62,903 bases of DNA, filler included, from Stramenopiles sp. TOSAG23-3 (GCA_900128585.1; 9 parts of 9 records of this genome joined end to end with filler, not necessarily neighbours in it), one strand, 5' to 3'. Shown: positions 40,508 to 51,589, numbered from the whole stretch's first letter. Notes: generated by a model from the letters alone, not told the origin. Program-made: numbers and translations.

Positions 40508-42013
40508 TTACTGCCTCCAAGCGGAGATGATAATTGTTGCGGACGGTTTTTTCTGATCCAGTTGAACTTCTTCCATCATTGCCAATTTTAACATTCCATG
40601 AAACGCTTTGGCTGCTTGACGACGGTTAAAATGCTTTATCATTTGCAAAAAATCGGCTGGTGTCCCATGCGTCTTCAAGAGGTTTCGCACAATTTTTACT
40701 TTGCTGTCGGTCTCGACAGTGCTGCTCGATTCATGTGACCCTCCAGCAGTTGTTATTTGCAGCAGTGCATTCGATGCGGCCAAGTGCGCGTGCAGAGTGT
40801 CCAACCCGTCATACTTCCTCGCATTTTCCACCCCGTCTGTAGCCGGCAACCCACCATCGCTTACTGAATCGTCCAAATCTTCATTTTCTCCATGAAACTC
40901 CATTTCAACGTCTTCATGTTCAATTTCTGTCAACATCGCGTTGACCTCGCCGGCGCGTCCTGTCTCTACATTCGGCACATCGGGTGGCTGCATTTGGAAC
41001 CGCTGGTACAAATTTCCGCCTATTGCCGCACTGCTGTAAAGGGCAAGTAATTTTGGGTTAATTGTTTCCGTAGCGGGACGCTGTAGCAAATTTTCAATTG
41101 ACCTCGCGTTCCACGGACGGCTCGTTGGCTCTGACGCAATGGAGTATTTGTTCGAAATCATTGTTCTAGGATCTTCAATCAGGGATCGTAGCGTTTCAAT
41201 GCTCAGTTCAGTGGTCTCATCGCGCATGTGACGCAATTTTCTGCGCTTTTTCTTACGTATGGCAACAATTTGCCTAGCGGGCATTTCGTTCTCCTTTTGG
41301 TTCTGCTCGTCGTCTTTGCTCTCTTCGTCCGTGGGGTTCAGCTCGAAGGAATCGTCGTCGTCGTCGGGGTCGTTTCTTACCTGGTGATCACTGCCGCACT
41401 TTTCAATTTCTGAAATATCTATCGGGCCGAAGTCTTCGTCTTCGAAATCTTGTTCAAACGATTTGGCTGCAATTATCGGCGTGTTTACCGCCCCGATCGG
41501 CTTTGCCATTTCTATGTCGGCAATGTTACCAGGAGTGTACAGCTGCGATTCCGAGATATCACTAATTTTATAGTTGTTTGCCACCTCCGTCGGCAAGTTG
41601 TCTAGGTCCAGGCCGTTCTCCAGCAAATCGTCTTGATTGTTGAGAGCCAACAAGTCGTTTACTCCCCCGCGCGATGCCTTGCCTTCACGGACGCCTTTTG
41701 CGGACTGCATGCTCATGTTTTGCTTTCCAGGCAACGCGCCCGTCATGTTTTGAGACAGCAGCTTTTGGAGCACAGCATTTACGAACTTCTCTGCTTCTAT
41801 TGTCTGGATATCAAACGTTTTGGTGACGCCAAAAAGCAAAAAAGCTAATGTCCGCAGCGAGGCTGTTAGTTTTATGAGGTTTTCGACTTCCTTGCAAATA
41901 TTGGTCGCAATAATAATTTTTCTGTGTTTCTTTAAGGCTTTATTACAATGGGCCAACTGCCATATTTTAGTAACCCTGTCATTTTCCTTGAAGATCAGGT
42001 CGGTGGTGAACAT
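40508..42013 (-). CDS. Rad21/Rec8-family cohesin kleisin (divergent; possibly meiotic Rec8)
   Basis: N-terminal MFTTDLI...KIWQLAH...IIATNI...SLRTLAFLLFGVTKTF. C-terminal winged helix RRQAAKAFHGMLKL...QLDQKKP. Confidence 0.85.
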   Translation of the reverse strand: MFTTDLIFKENDRVTKIWQLAHCNKALKKHRKIIIATNICKEVENLIKLTASLRTLAFLLFGVTKTFDIQTIEAEKFVNAVLQKLLSQNMTGALPGKQNMSMQSAKGVREGKASRGGVNDLLALNNQDDLLENGLDLDNLPTEVANNYKISDISESQLYTPGNIADIEMAKPIGAVNTPIIAAKSFEQDFEDEDFGPIDISEIEKCGSDHQVRNDPDDDDDSFELNPTDEESKDDEQNQKENEMPARQIVAIRKKKRRKLRHMRDETTELSIETLRSLIEDPRTMISNKYSIASEPTSRPWNARSIENLLQRPATETINPKLLALYSSAAIGGNLYQRFQMQPPDVPNVETGRAGEVNAMLTEIEHEDVEMEFHGENEDLDDSVSDGGLPATDGVENARKYDGLDTLHAHLAASNALLQITTAGGSHESSSTVETDSKVKIVRNLLKTHGTPADFLQMIKHFNRRQAAKAFHGMLKLAMMEEVQLDQKKPSATIIISAWRQ

Positions 42014-42866
42014 TGGCAAATGGTACGTTCGTTGATGTATTTCGCTTGGGAATCTGGGAAATCAGCGAATCCTTGAAACAATTGGCGTCGGGCGGAACGA
42101 GGAACGGTTTTCCGTGCTGAATGGATATAAAATGTTAAAAAAATATGATTGCTTTCAAGCGTAGATTTTCGTTTCTTTTTCTTTTATTAATACATCTTTA
42201 CAAGTTGAATATTATTGTATTTCTTTGATTTATTTCATTGTTCCTTCTTTCCCTGACTTGACGACTACGAGTAAATAAATATTATTATTATTATATTGTT
42301 GTGTATATTTTTTATAATATTTTTCTTTTAGTTTTTAGTTTTCTTTTGTTTAATTCTATGCTGTGCAACTGTATAATATGTCAAAGAAAGTCATGATCGC
42401 GAAGAAAAAAAAAGAGAAGAAAAGAAGAAATTCTTAGTTCAGTTCATCTATATTTTCTAACTTAATAGTATAGTCACAGCATCATAAAAGAAAGAAGAAA
42501 AGAGAAATTCTTAGTAGTTGTTCTCAATCACAATCAATCAATCAACAATTTTGATGAAGAAGAAAGAAAGAAAGAAAGAGTCGAAAGAAAGAAAGAGTCG
42601 AAAGAAAGAAAGAAAGAAAGAGTCGAAAGAAAGAAAGANNNNNNNNNNNNNNNNNNNNNNNNNNNNNNNNNNNNNNNNNNNNTTAATTAATTAANNNNNN
42701 NNNNNNNNNNNNNNNNNNNNNNNNNNNNNNNNNNNNNNAAGACTCTCATTTTATATCAATTACGATTTCAGTTCCAACCCTCTAGTAATCCTATCTTGAT
42801 GTTTTCATTTGAAAAAACAAATTATTATAGTTTTTTGTTATGTTGTATTTGTATTTTTTTTATAGT

Positions 42867-43140
42867 AGTTAGGATTAGGGTATGAGGACGCTAAATTTAA
42901 TTACTTATACGAGGAAATAACAGCCAATTTTCTTGTTTTTAGTATCATATGTTTTAAGACTCTCATTTTAAATCAATTACTATTTTAGTTCCAACCCTAA
43001 TCCTACCTTGATGGTTTAACTTGATTTTTTGATTTTTTAATTTTCGTTTCTTCGTTGATGATTGTCAATCTAAACAAGAAAATTGGCTGTTGTTATTTAT
43101 AAGTAATTAAATTTAGCTTCCTCATACCCTAATCCTAACT
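42867..43140. mobile_element. MITE-like 274-bp element with ~70-bp terminal inverted repeats
   Basis: Arms 42867-42938 and 43072-43140: outer 43 nt have one mismatch, inner 20 nt are perfect. No clear target-site duplication. Confidence 0.6.
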
Positions 43141-43447
43141 TGATTCTGTCATATTAATTATTTGGTTTTTTTTTTAAATTTATTATTAGTCTATTATTTC
43201 GTTAGTTGTCAATCACTTTCTAAGGAATTATTTTATATTCCAATAATTTATGATACCAGAAGAAGAAGAAAGTTCCAAGAAGAAAAGGCCCACATTAAGT
43301 TAAGAGTACGTGCCTGTTGTACTTTTTAATTTAAATCGCTACGAGCCCGGGTAAACGGCAAACACCTAAAATTTCCCCTATTGTTTCGTTTCCTTTTTTT
43401 AACAGTTTCCCCTTTCTCCCCTCCTCTGGCCCAACCTCAATTTACTC

Positions 43448-44392
43448 TTACGCGTTGTCGTCCGTTTTTTTACCATCAAGGTTGGATTTGGGGTTCTCGT
43501 CACCAGCCAGCTTCCCAAGGCTTCTTGCCTTCCTAGAGGCGATGCTGTAATACACTCCGCCACTGATGCATGTGAAAAGACCAAATATTTGGATTAACGT
43601 GAGTGGTTTTCCGAAACAGAAGTACGCCAGAAATATACTAATGACTTTGTTGATGTTCGACGCGATAACAACGGAGGTCGCTGTCACTGTTTTGTACAAG
43701 TTGGAGTAACTCATAGCAATCAGGGTCCCAGCAAAACCAAGCCCAATAAACAATAACATTGGCCCCGCTGGCAAGTTCATGAACGCAGGCAGGCAATCTG
43801 GAATCTCATCCGAAATGGTTCCAAGGCCTAGGAAAAGAGGGAGCGATATAATTTGTTGTATGTACGCTACCCCGTCTGCCGTCTGGTCCATTTCTGAAAC
43901 TTTTTGTTTCGTGTACAAATTGTTCACCGCATAGCACAAGGTGTTCGCCGAGATCCAGACGTAACCCATGTTCATGTCGCCCAGGTCGCTGGCCCCGTAA
44001 ACCAAAGAGCCTAAAAAGATTAGCCCCATTGCAGCCTGCTGCTCAGAGGTGAAACTTTTTCCAAACAAATGGCTTTCCGCCCCGGCACAGAGCAACGTGC
44101 AAATGTTCCTAAAGATAACGGTCGTGGCCACCTTTATGTACGCAAGTGCTTTCAACGACGTGTACAGCTGCAGTGTGAAGAGCACGGAGGGGATAGAGAG
44201 TTCAATGTACTGCTGCTTCGTGACTTTTTTCATCTTGAAGTAACCCGTTTTCGTTCCCAACAAAAATATAAGTATACAGATTGCGTTCTGGCTGAATATC
44301 ATAAAGTTCGGGTATGGGTATTCAAGAACCAAGGCCTTGTTTCCAACCAGAAGCATAACACTGGCTAGCAATAGTCCACCGAACCACTTCAT
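43448..44392 (-). CDS. Nucleotide-sugar transporter (SLC35/TPT, GDP-sugar type)
   Basis: MLLVGNKALV..YPYP, YTSLKAL, TVIFRN, ATSVVIASNINKV, and about 10 TM segments. Confidence 0.9.
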   Translation of the reverse strand: MKWFGGLLLASVMLLVGNKALVLEYPYPNFMIFSQNAICILIFLLGTKTGYFKMKKVTKQQYIELSIPSVLFTLQLYTSLKALAYIKVATTVIFRNICTLLCAGAESHLFGKSFTSEQQAAMGLIFLGSLVYGASDLGDMNMGYVWISANTLCYAVNNLYTKQKVSEMDQTADGVAYIQQIISLPLFLGLGTISDEIPDCLPAFMNLPAGPMLLFIGLGFAGTLIAMSYSNLYKTVTATSVVIASNINKVISIFLAYFCFGKPLTLIQIFGLFTCISGGVYYSIASRKARSLGKLAGDENPKSNLDGKKTDDNA

Positions 44393-44843
44393 CGTATATC
44401 GTTTGTTTGTGTTGTGTGCGTCTGTTTTCGTACGATGTTTTTCTACGTTCAAATGGAGAAGTGCTAATTTCAACAATATAATTCATTTTTTAAACAACCG
44501 TGTGTATGAATGAATTTTGTTTTCTTTGTTCATTACTTATCAATGCAAAAGCAGCAAGGGGAGTCAACGAACCTGCAGCGATGGAAGGCGTATTATTATT
44601 AATAAATAATAATAATAATAATAATAATTATTAATTTTATAATGTAATTATTGAACCAAGTTGCATCGCATCTCGGTGGTATTGATTGAACAAATCAAAA
44701 GGAAGAACTCAATTGTGGTGAGAGGTGAGAGCGACTTATAAATTCATATACACTGTGTATACACGTAGTAAGTAATATTAATTCATAGACTAGACTATTG
44801 AATAGTAATAAATACCTACGAATACAATTGGATCTCTTTGGAA

Positions 44844-45004
44844 TCTTCCTTCTTCTTTTCTTCCTTCTTCTTTTCTTCCTTCTTCTTTTCTTCTTTTCCT
44901 CTTTTCTTCCTTCTTCTTTTCTTCCTTCTTCTTTTCTTCCTTCTTCTTTTCTTCCTTCTTCTTTTCCTCTTTTCTTCCTTCTTCCTTCTTCTTTTCTTCT
45001 TTTC
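44844..45004 (+). repeat. 15-bp pyrimidine tandem repeat (CTTCTTCTTTTCTTC) x ~10
   Basis: Read directly. Lies between divergent genes. Confidence 0.9.
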
Positions 45005-45635
45005 TACGTTCTGGGTTCGTTTCTGTTGGTTTTTTAAAGATCAATTATAGTGTTATGTATTAGGGTTATTTAAAAAATATATTAAAAAGAAGAAAGGAAA
45101 AAGAAAGCCGTTGTTTCTCTATTTTTTACGTCGATATATAGATGCTATTTAGTTATTATTTTATTACACGAATCTATTATAGAAAAACAAATAAAAAAAA
45201 AGCGTTTCATCATTTTTCTCAATGATATTGCCTATTATGATGATGATTAAATTGAATGAGAGATGAAGAAGAAGAAGAAGAAGAAGAAGAGGACAGGAGA
45301 AGAAGAAGAAGAAGAAGAAGAGGACAGGAGAAGATGCGCGAAAAATAATACTAATTAATAGAATTATAATATAACATACTAATAACAAGGAGGGGGTCGG
45401 GAGAAGAAGAAGAATTTAATAATGAAGAAAGAAGTAGATGATTATTGCTTACATTTTTTAGAGAGAGGGAGAGTTAGTTAATAGTTTCTTTATTAAAGCT
45501 TCTAGAAACTTAAAGTGTCGCTAAGAAAAAGGAGTGAATGATTCTGTAAGAAGTGTATAGGAATTCATTCTTTATTTGTTTTCTTATCTGTTGAAGAAAA
45601 ACTGTCGTATAAGTAATAGGAAAAAATAAACCATC

Positions 45636-46619
45636 ATGGCGTGCAGGTATTCTGGTTATACCCCAGGCTTTCGGACTATTCCGCCGACTATGAACATGGG
45701 GTCGGAGAACGTTCACTCGAAATATTTGCAGACGGGCCGTTCCGTTGTCTATGACAAGGACACCTTCATTGACAGGATGCAGGCTACCCGACGAGGGATT
45801 GCCGCGGACACGGCCATCGCCTTGGACCCATCGAATTACAAAGACCCCGACCGCCGAGGGGTCGCTGGGAAACGCGAGGACGCCAAGAAGGCGCAACCCC
45901 GCCGTCGCTTTGTCCACCGTAGTGCCAACAAGCTCGACTACCCAGACTTTTGGCAGGAAAAACGCGATTTCTTGAGCGCATCCGAAGAATTATATAAAAC
46001 AGAGTTTGAAAAGAGGGCCACGAAGATGACAGGAAACTGCCCTACACCAACAGCAATAGAAGTACTCGGTGCGGTTCACGGGATCAACTTGCCCCCCAGG
46101 TTCCTTATGATATTTACCGACGCGATCAACGACGTCAGCACGGTCGCCGTGTCGTGGGAAGATTTCTTGGCAACGGTAAGGAGCGTCTGCAAGCGCATCT
46201 CCCTGGTTGCTGTTGGGCCCGCAGAACCGTCGGCACTTTACTCGGCAAAACTTCCAGACAAGGTTGTTGAGGCCCGAACGCAAACGACTCGGTACAGCAC
46301 AGACATGGGGGTCTACAACCACATTCCAGGAGACCGTAACCTCATGACTTCCTTTGGGGGAATGGCTACCACGACGCAGGACTTGCTACTAGGGACGGCC
46401 AAAAACTCCAACCAAATTGCAGGGTACTCTGGCCACATTCCAAAAGGGGATGGCGCCCCGACCCTTCAGGCCCCTCGCCGAGACATAAAGAAGGCCATTA
46501 AAGATACGTACAACGTCAATGTGTCGGGCTATACTGGTACCATCAAAACTCGACAAGTTCAAATTACATACGCCACTACAAGCGGTGATTCTTACAGTGG
46601 GAACTTGATCAACGAGTAA
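45636..46619 (+). CDS. Putative ciliary microtubule inner protein with GY(S/T)G repeats
   Basis: YSGYTPG, IAGYSGHIP and VSGYTG motifs resemble FAM166-type repeats. Confidence 0.6.
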   Translation: MACRYSGYTPGFRTIPPTMNMGSENVHSKYLQTGRSVVYDKDTFIDRMQATRRGIAADTAIALDPSNYKDPDRRGVAGKREDAKKAQPRRRFVHRSANKLDYPDFWQEKRDFLSASEELYKTEFEKRATKMTGNCPTPTAIEVLGAVHGINLPPRFLMIFTDAINDVSTVAVSWEDFLATVRSVCKRISLVAVGPAEPSALYSAKLPDKVVEARTQTTRYSTDMGVYNHIPGDRNLMTSFGGMATTTQDLLLGTAKNSNQIAGYSGHIPKGDGAPTLQAPRRDIKKAIKDTYNVNVSGYTGTIKTRQVQITYATTSGDSYSGNLINE

Positions 46620-46781
46620 AAGGCCGCGTCGAAGTGTTTAATTTTAGTAGTTTGATCACAGCATTTGTACAGAAAGAAAGTTTGAAATGCGAGCATCGAT
46701 AAATATAGTTTTTTAATAAGTCAGGGATTAAATTTACACACACACACTACCCCAAACTAATCTTACTACCACCACCACGTC

Positions 46782-48692
46782 TCAGGCCTCCGTGTCGCCC
46801 TTCCCTTCCTGCTCCACCCGTTCAAACGTGCTTCGAAGCACGTACTGAAGGTCGCCCCGCTGGGACAACTTTGAGTAGTCCAATGCAGTCATCCCAAAAT
46901 GGTTCAGCACATTCGTGTCGGCGCCAGCGCCCAACAGGTTTTCTACAACTAGGCGATTCCCGCCACTGGTCGCCGCAATCAGCGGGGTGTTCCCATTCAC
47001 GCTGCTTTTGTAGTTTACATCAGCGCCTGCCCCAACCAGAACTTGCACGATCTCGTCGAATCCGCGGAGGCTGGAAAGCATCAAGGGGGTCCGCCCGTGC
47101 TTGTCCGGGTCGTCGCATGGGGCTTTCAATTTTACCAATAATTTGACAGCCTTTAAACTACCATGGTTGCAGGCGCACATCAGCGGGGATGTTTTGTCAA
47201 ACGAGGGCCAAGTTATGTCCCCCCCGTACCGGTAAACGAGCTTCAGCACAGCAGAATTGTTAAACCTCGAGGCTACAAAGGCTGGAGTCTCCCCTCTAAA
47301 GGTCTGCAAATTTATCTTTGGGCGGAAGTTTAACACGGTTTGGACGATCGAAAGCGACCCGAACTTGCAAGCAAAGTGCAGGGGTGCCCACCCGTTATCG
47401 TCTTGAGCATTTTCACCTGCTCGTTTGGACGCCAAAAAGGACTGCGTCTCGGCTTTGTCCTCCGCGGTTATGGCTTCGAAAATATTTTTGTGCTTGTACG
47501 CCCCGTGGGTCCTCAAGTACGTACTGATGGCTTCGTCCTCGTTCTTGATCGCCCAAGCTAGTGGGGTTATTCCGTCGTTGTCTGCCGCATTAACGTCTGC
47601 TCCGAATGATTCCACGAGCGTTTTGACAATCTCAGGGTTCCGCTTGATGACTGCCAGGGCAAGGGGCGTGAGGCCATCTGCGTTTCCCCTCTGGTACAGC
47701 GCCCCTGCCACTCCAGCGCCACGGTCCGAGACTGCCCCAGCGCTCTGCCCCCTTTCCAACGCATCAATCGTCGCCTTCAAGCCTATGCCGATTTCATCAA
47801 GGCTTATGCTTGGCAACAGCAATTTTTCTACGTCGTCTATAAGTCTATTCAAAAGGCTTTTCAGAATGGTGCCCGTGTCTTCTGCCGCGCTAGTGTCTGT
47901 GCCTTCTGTCACGGCCTGGCCATCTACTGCGTTGCCCTCATCTTCGGGGGCATCTTCTGGAGATTCGACCGAGGCGTCTTCTTCCACTCCCCCTCCTTCG
48001 ACAGATCGGTTGCTCATTTGAAGCAAGCTCCGCAACGCCAAAAGAATTTCCGGTCGACCCCCAAGAACTGCGTAATGGTAAATATTTTCATTCGTCTCCT
48101 CGCCCACTTTTCGCACGTCCGCGGCCGGGTGGGCATGCAACGCCTCCAGCACTGCCAAATGGCCGTTAAAAGCCGCCGCCATCGCCGGGGTCATTCCAAA
48201 ATTGGTTGAGTCGTTAGGGCCTGCCCGGGCAGACAAGAGCGTCTCCACCGCTTTCAAATGCCCATTGGCAGCCGCAGCCCACAGAGGTGTGGCTAAATCT
48301 ACTGACCGGGGGATGTTAACGTCTGCGCCACGCTCAAGTAAGAATTGGATGGCATCGACTTGGTTGTTCGCGGCTGCATAGTACAGGGGGGTGCGACCGG
48401 CACAGGGAGCCTCAAGCGATTCAATTTCGTTCACGTTGTTCACCCCATTCTTGTACAGAACATCAAGGCCTTCAACGTTTCCGTCTGCAGCCGCCCGATG
48501 AAGCGATTCCCCATACTTTCTCTTGGTCTCCACAAATATCAACTCTCTGAATAAATTCCTTAACCGCGTGACCTCTGGACGATACGTGAACGACCCCAAA
48601 TCAGAAGCATCTTTTGGTTTTTCCAATTCCTTTTCCACATCCACACTTAAAGTGTACTTTTGGGGCTTTGAAAAGGATGCTCCAGCACCCAT
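46782..48692 (-). CDS. Ankyrin-repeat protein with N-myristoylation signal
   Basis: MGAGAS start and more than 10 ankyrin repeats (GRTPLYYAA, ATPLWAAAANGH, GWAPLHFAC, GRTPLMLSS, GNTPLIAA). Confidence 0.92.
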   Translation of the reverse strand: MGAGASFSKPQKYTLSVDVEKELEKPKDASDLGSFTYRPEVTRLRNLFRELIFVETKRKYGESLHRAAADGNVEGLDVLYKNGVNNVNEIESLEAPCAGRTPLYYAAANNQVDAIQFLLERGADVNIPRSVDLATPLWAAAANGHLKAVETLLSARAGPNDSTNFGMTPAMAAAFNGHLAVLEALHAHPAADVRKVGEETNENIYHYAVLGGRPEILLALRSLLQMSNRSVEGGGVEEDASVESPEDAPEDEGNAVDGQAVTEGTDTSAAEDTGTILKSLLNRLIDDVEKLLLPSISLDEIGIGLKATIDALERGQSAGAVSDRGAGVAGALYQRGNADGLTPLALAVIKRNPEIVKTLVESFGADVNAADNDGITPLAWAIKNEDEAISTYLRTHGAYKHKNIFEAITAEDKAETQSFLASKRAGENAQDDNGWAPLHFACKFGSLSIVQTVLNFRPKINLQTFRGETPAFVASRFNNSAVLKLVYRYGGDITWPSFDKTSPLMCACNHGSLKAVKLLVKLKAPCDDPDKHGRTPLMLSSLRGFDEIVQVLVGAGADVNYKSSVNGNTPLIAATSGGNRLVVENLLGAGADTNVLNHFGMTALDYSKLSQRGDLQYVLRSTFERVEQEGKGDTEA

Positions 48693-49163
48693 CGTTTGGA
48701 AACGCGCATTGAATGGCTCAATGTGAGTTAAAATGAAATGATGTCGTTTGACAATCTGAGTCATCGTCCAGCCTCGTCTCTATTAATATACAAATATTTA
48801 TAGATAAAAATATGTATTAATGATCAAAAAGTAATTTCAAAAAAAGAGAGTCAATGCCACTGGCTACCGACCGCCGAGAAGAGAGAAGAGAAGAAGAGAG
48901 TGAGGAGAGAGAGAGGAGATATAGTTCGAGACCGCCGTGGCGTGGGGCGTCGTGGGCCGTGTGGATATATATTTACTTAATATAATAATAATAGTAGCAG
49001 CAGAGCATCATCATATGATTATTGATTCCATTTTACAATAATAAAGTAAAGATTAGTATTTTTTATATGTTTAATAATAACAATACCAAGTAAGAGAGTC
49101 ACTTTTTTTAAATTATTACTTTGGCAACTGATGCCTCTTAGCATCCCTCGTTCTCTCTTTCAT

Positions 49164-50807
49164 TCAGGCTATAAGACCCGTGTCCACAAAGAAGTCGTAC
49201 AATTTCCCAGATTTCTTAACATCCATTTGGATAACCCGCCGTGCGTTCGTTTTGGATAGCACGCCCTGCTTCAGGCATTCTTTGACTAACGTTTCCTTGA
49301 TGATCAAGTATTTGCTCGGCGGTAGGCGCAACAAGCTGCACATCTCCCTCTCTTTTTCGTCCAATTTATCGACCCCTTCGAGCTTTGAAACGTCTAATTT
49401 ATCGTAGTGCGGGACAACATTGCCGGCGGCGGTGGCTTTTTTCAAATCGCTGGGCGGCGCGCCTTTTGTTCCGCCCTTTTTCACGGCGCCGTTGCCACTC
49501 TCGCGCTTTGCGTACCGCGCACTCCGCTGGGCGCCGCCCGTCGTCGTGGTTTTCTTAAACAGGTAGGCCGTCTCCGCACGGTGCTTTTTCAGCTTCGCCT
49601 CCTGGTCACGCTTCTGTTTTTCTAAATCGTATATCTGCCCCTCTTGCAGCGTTCGGATCCCGTTCTCCCGGTATTCGCGCAGCTTGTCGATGCGCTTCCG
49701 TAACCTCATCTCGTGAATCAAGTTCTCCACGAACTGGTCGTGCTCCGACTTTTCCAGAAACCTAGCAAACACACGCATTCGGTCGTAAACGTCCCGCTCT
49801 TCCTTCGGCCGCTTCTTCATCTCCGCCTTTAACTTTTGAAATTCCAGCAGGCCGTACCGCTCGACCATCTTCTTCCGACGCTCCCGCTCGTCCAACTTCG
49901 CGTTGTACATCTCAATGATCTTCAGCTTGAGGGACCGCTCCAACGGGTTGTCGTCTGCCGGAAAATCCATGTCTGCGATCGCCAGCTCTGCGTTGTTGTC
50001 GTGCTCTACTTCAAAGTCGCCGCGGAGAGGCAGGTATCCGGATATGTCGTGGCCCGGCATGTGTGGCTTCTGCTGCTTGTTCGGCCTACTCCCAGCCGCC
50101 GCACCCCCCTTCGCCTGTCCTGTACCCGTGGCCTTTGCAGGGACGGCAAACGGGTCGTCCGGCACGTCCGACGCAGAGGACGAGCCGCCGGCGCCCGTGT
50201 GGGCGCCAACTGCCCGGTCCTCCTCCTCCTTCTCTTTGTCTTGGCCCAGGTAGAATCTCCAGTAGTGCTGCTTGCACGACGAGCTGTTCCGCGTGCCAAT
50301 ATGCGTGGATATATCGTCCCAGTTGCCGATCCCGTACAGCCGCAAGCCTTCCAAGAGAGCGAGCTCTTCCGCAACCTCCCAGCCGTCGTGCAAGTCCTCG
50401 GTCAGGTTGTCGATCACGGAATACGGCATGTTCGCTTTGTGAGTGCTCGTCTCTTTTCCGTCTTTGAAGCATTCCAGGCATATGTCTGCTTCCGACACGT
50501 GGCACTTGATGCGCACTTCGTGGGTAACGTCCCTCCCGCATATGTCACAGTGGAACTCCGTCGTCCGTGTCAAGGGGTACTCCCTCAAAATCCCACGGTC
50601 TTCGACCTCCGTCCGGTCGGTAACGCTGAACACGATCGCCTCGTCGACCAGCTGGGTCAGAATTCGCGTGTCACCGGCGCCATTCCCCCGTGCCTTTTTC
50701 GAAGCGCTACCCTCCACCAAGCCATCATTATCCGCAGCACGCTTGTGTGCACCAATCGACGAGGAAGACGAGGACGCAGCACCAGACGACTCCCCAATCG
50801 AATCCAT
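49164..50807 (-). CDS. ADA2: Transcriptional adaptor ADA2 (SAGA complex)
   Basis: ZZ finger (FHCDIC...ICLECF), SANT (WEVAEELALLEG..YGIGNWDDI), GYLPLRGDFEVEHDN, C-terminal SWIRM (DVKKSGKLYDFF). Confidence 0.95.
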   Translation of the reverse strand: MDSIGESSGAASSSSSSIGAHKRAADNDGLVEGSASKKARGNGAGDTRILTQLVDEAIVFSVTDRTEVEDRGILREYPLTRTTEFHCDICGRDVTHEVRIKCHVSEADICLECFKDGKETSTHKANMPYSVIDNLTEDLHDGWEVAEELALLEGLRLYGIGNWDDISTHIGTRNSSSCKQHYWRFYLGQDKEKEEEDRAVGAHTGAGGSSSASDVPDDPFAVPAKATGTGQAKGGAAAGSRPNKQQKPHMPGHDISGYLPLRGDFEVEHDNNAELAIADMDFPADDNPLERSLKLKIIEMYNAKLDERERRKKMVERYGLLEFQKLKAEMKKRPKEERDVYDRMRVFARFLEKSEHDQFVENLIHEMRLRKRIDKLREYRENGIRTLQEGQIYDLEKQKRDQEAKLKKHRAETAYLFKKTTTTGGAQRSARYAKRESGNGAVKKGGTKGAPPSDLKKATAAGNVVPHYDKLDVSKLEGVDKLDEKEREMCSLLRLPPSKYLIIKETLVKECLKQGVLSKTNARRVIQMDVKKSGKLYDFFVDTGLIA

Positions 50808-51245
50808 TAAACACACTAAGATACAGATACAAAGGTGGGTGGTTCCCGTCACGAATAGCCCTTCCTCCTCCACGTCGCTGTCGTCGACTAAAGAAAAGTA
50901 CAAGAACAGCGAAGGCAAATTTTCAAATATCTTTTTTTTTCTTTCGTAGTCAATCATCTTTTCCTTGTAATTTAATTTCTTAACACTTTTCCATTTTACT
51001 TTTCATAAGATCATATATAGTCCATAATAATAATAGAATCTCAAAATCTATATTTACAAAATATCTATCTCATCTTCTTCTCCATCATCTACCAAGCAAG
51101 GTACCGGTATTAAAATATATAAAAAAGTAATAATAATTTTTTTTTNNNNNNNNNNNNNNNNNNNNNNNNNNNNNNNNNNNNNNNNNNNNTTAATTAATTA
51201 ANNNNNNNNNNNNNNNNNNNNNNNNNNNNNNNNNNNNNNNNNNNN

Positions 51246-51589
51246 AAATGACTTGCATTTTCGGTTCCTAGGGACAATTTTTTGTGAAATGGGCGATTTG
51301 GACAAAACGCCACTGCAACAAATACTAATTCATTTGTTGGCGTTAGAAAAATGAGCCGTACTGGCATACTTTTATATATCAGAAAGCACTTTTGGCTGTG
51401 TAAATTTATAAAAATCATTATTTTTTCATAAAGATCTCTTCGTCTCAAATCGTTAACACAGAGTCGTATGCACTTTTTCAATTCCGCGCCAAAGATACTT
51501 GCATCTGCAATTCTTTCGTCTCTCTCCGTTATCAATGCTGTGTTATTCTTTTAGTTTCTGTCTCTGTCTGTCTGCTGCCAGTTCACCAT
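51246..51589 (-). pseudogene. Possible degraded or truncated coding fragment
   Basis: ATG near 51589 is in frame with ORF 51535 but interrupted by TAA. No recognisable domain. Confidence 0.25.

Noticed and set aside
44790-45050. ORFs rich in KKEE, FFLL or SSFF
   Set aside because: They are translations of the 15-bp tandem repeat.
49836-50810. 324-aa ORF antisense to ADA2, and similar shadow ORFs over PP1, SPOUT1, XK and the VWA gene
   Set aside because: These are expected by-products of GC-rich codon usage on the coding strand, with no domain signal.
26487-51553. In-frame TAA in the XK gene and in the 51.5-kb fragment as evidence of stop-codon reassignment
   Set aside because: Many intact genes here end at TAA, TAG or TGA at the expected positions, and reading through the XK TAA gives non-XK sequence ending soon at TGA.
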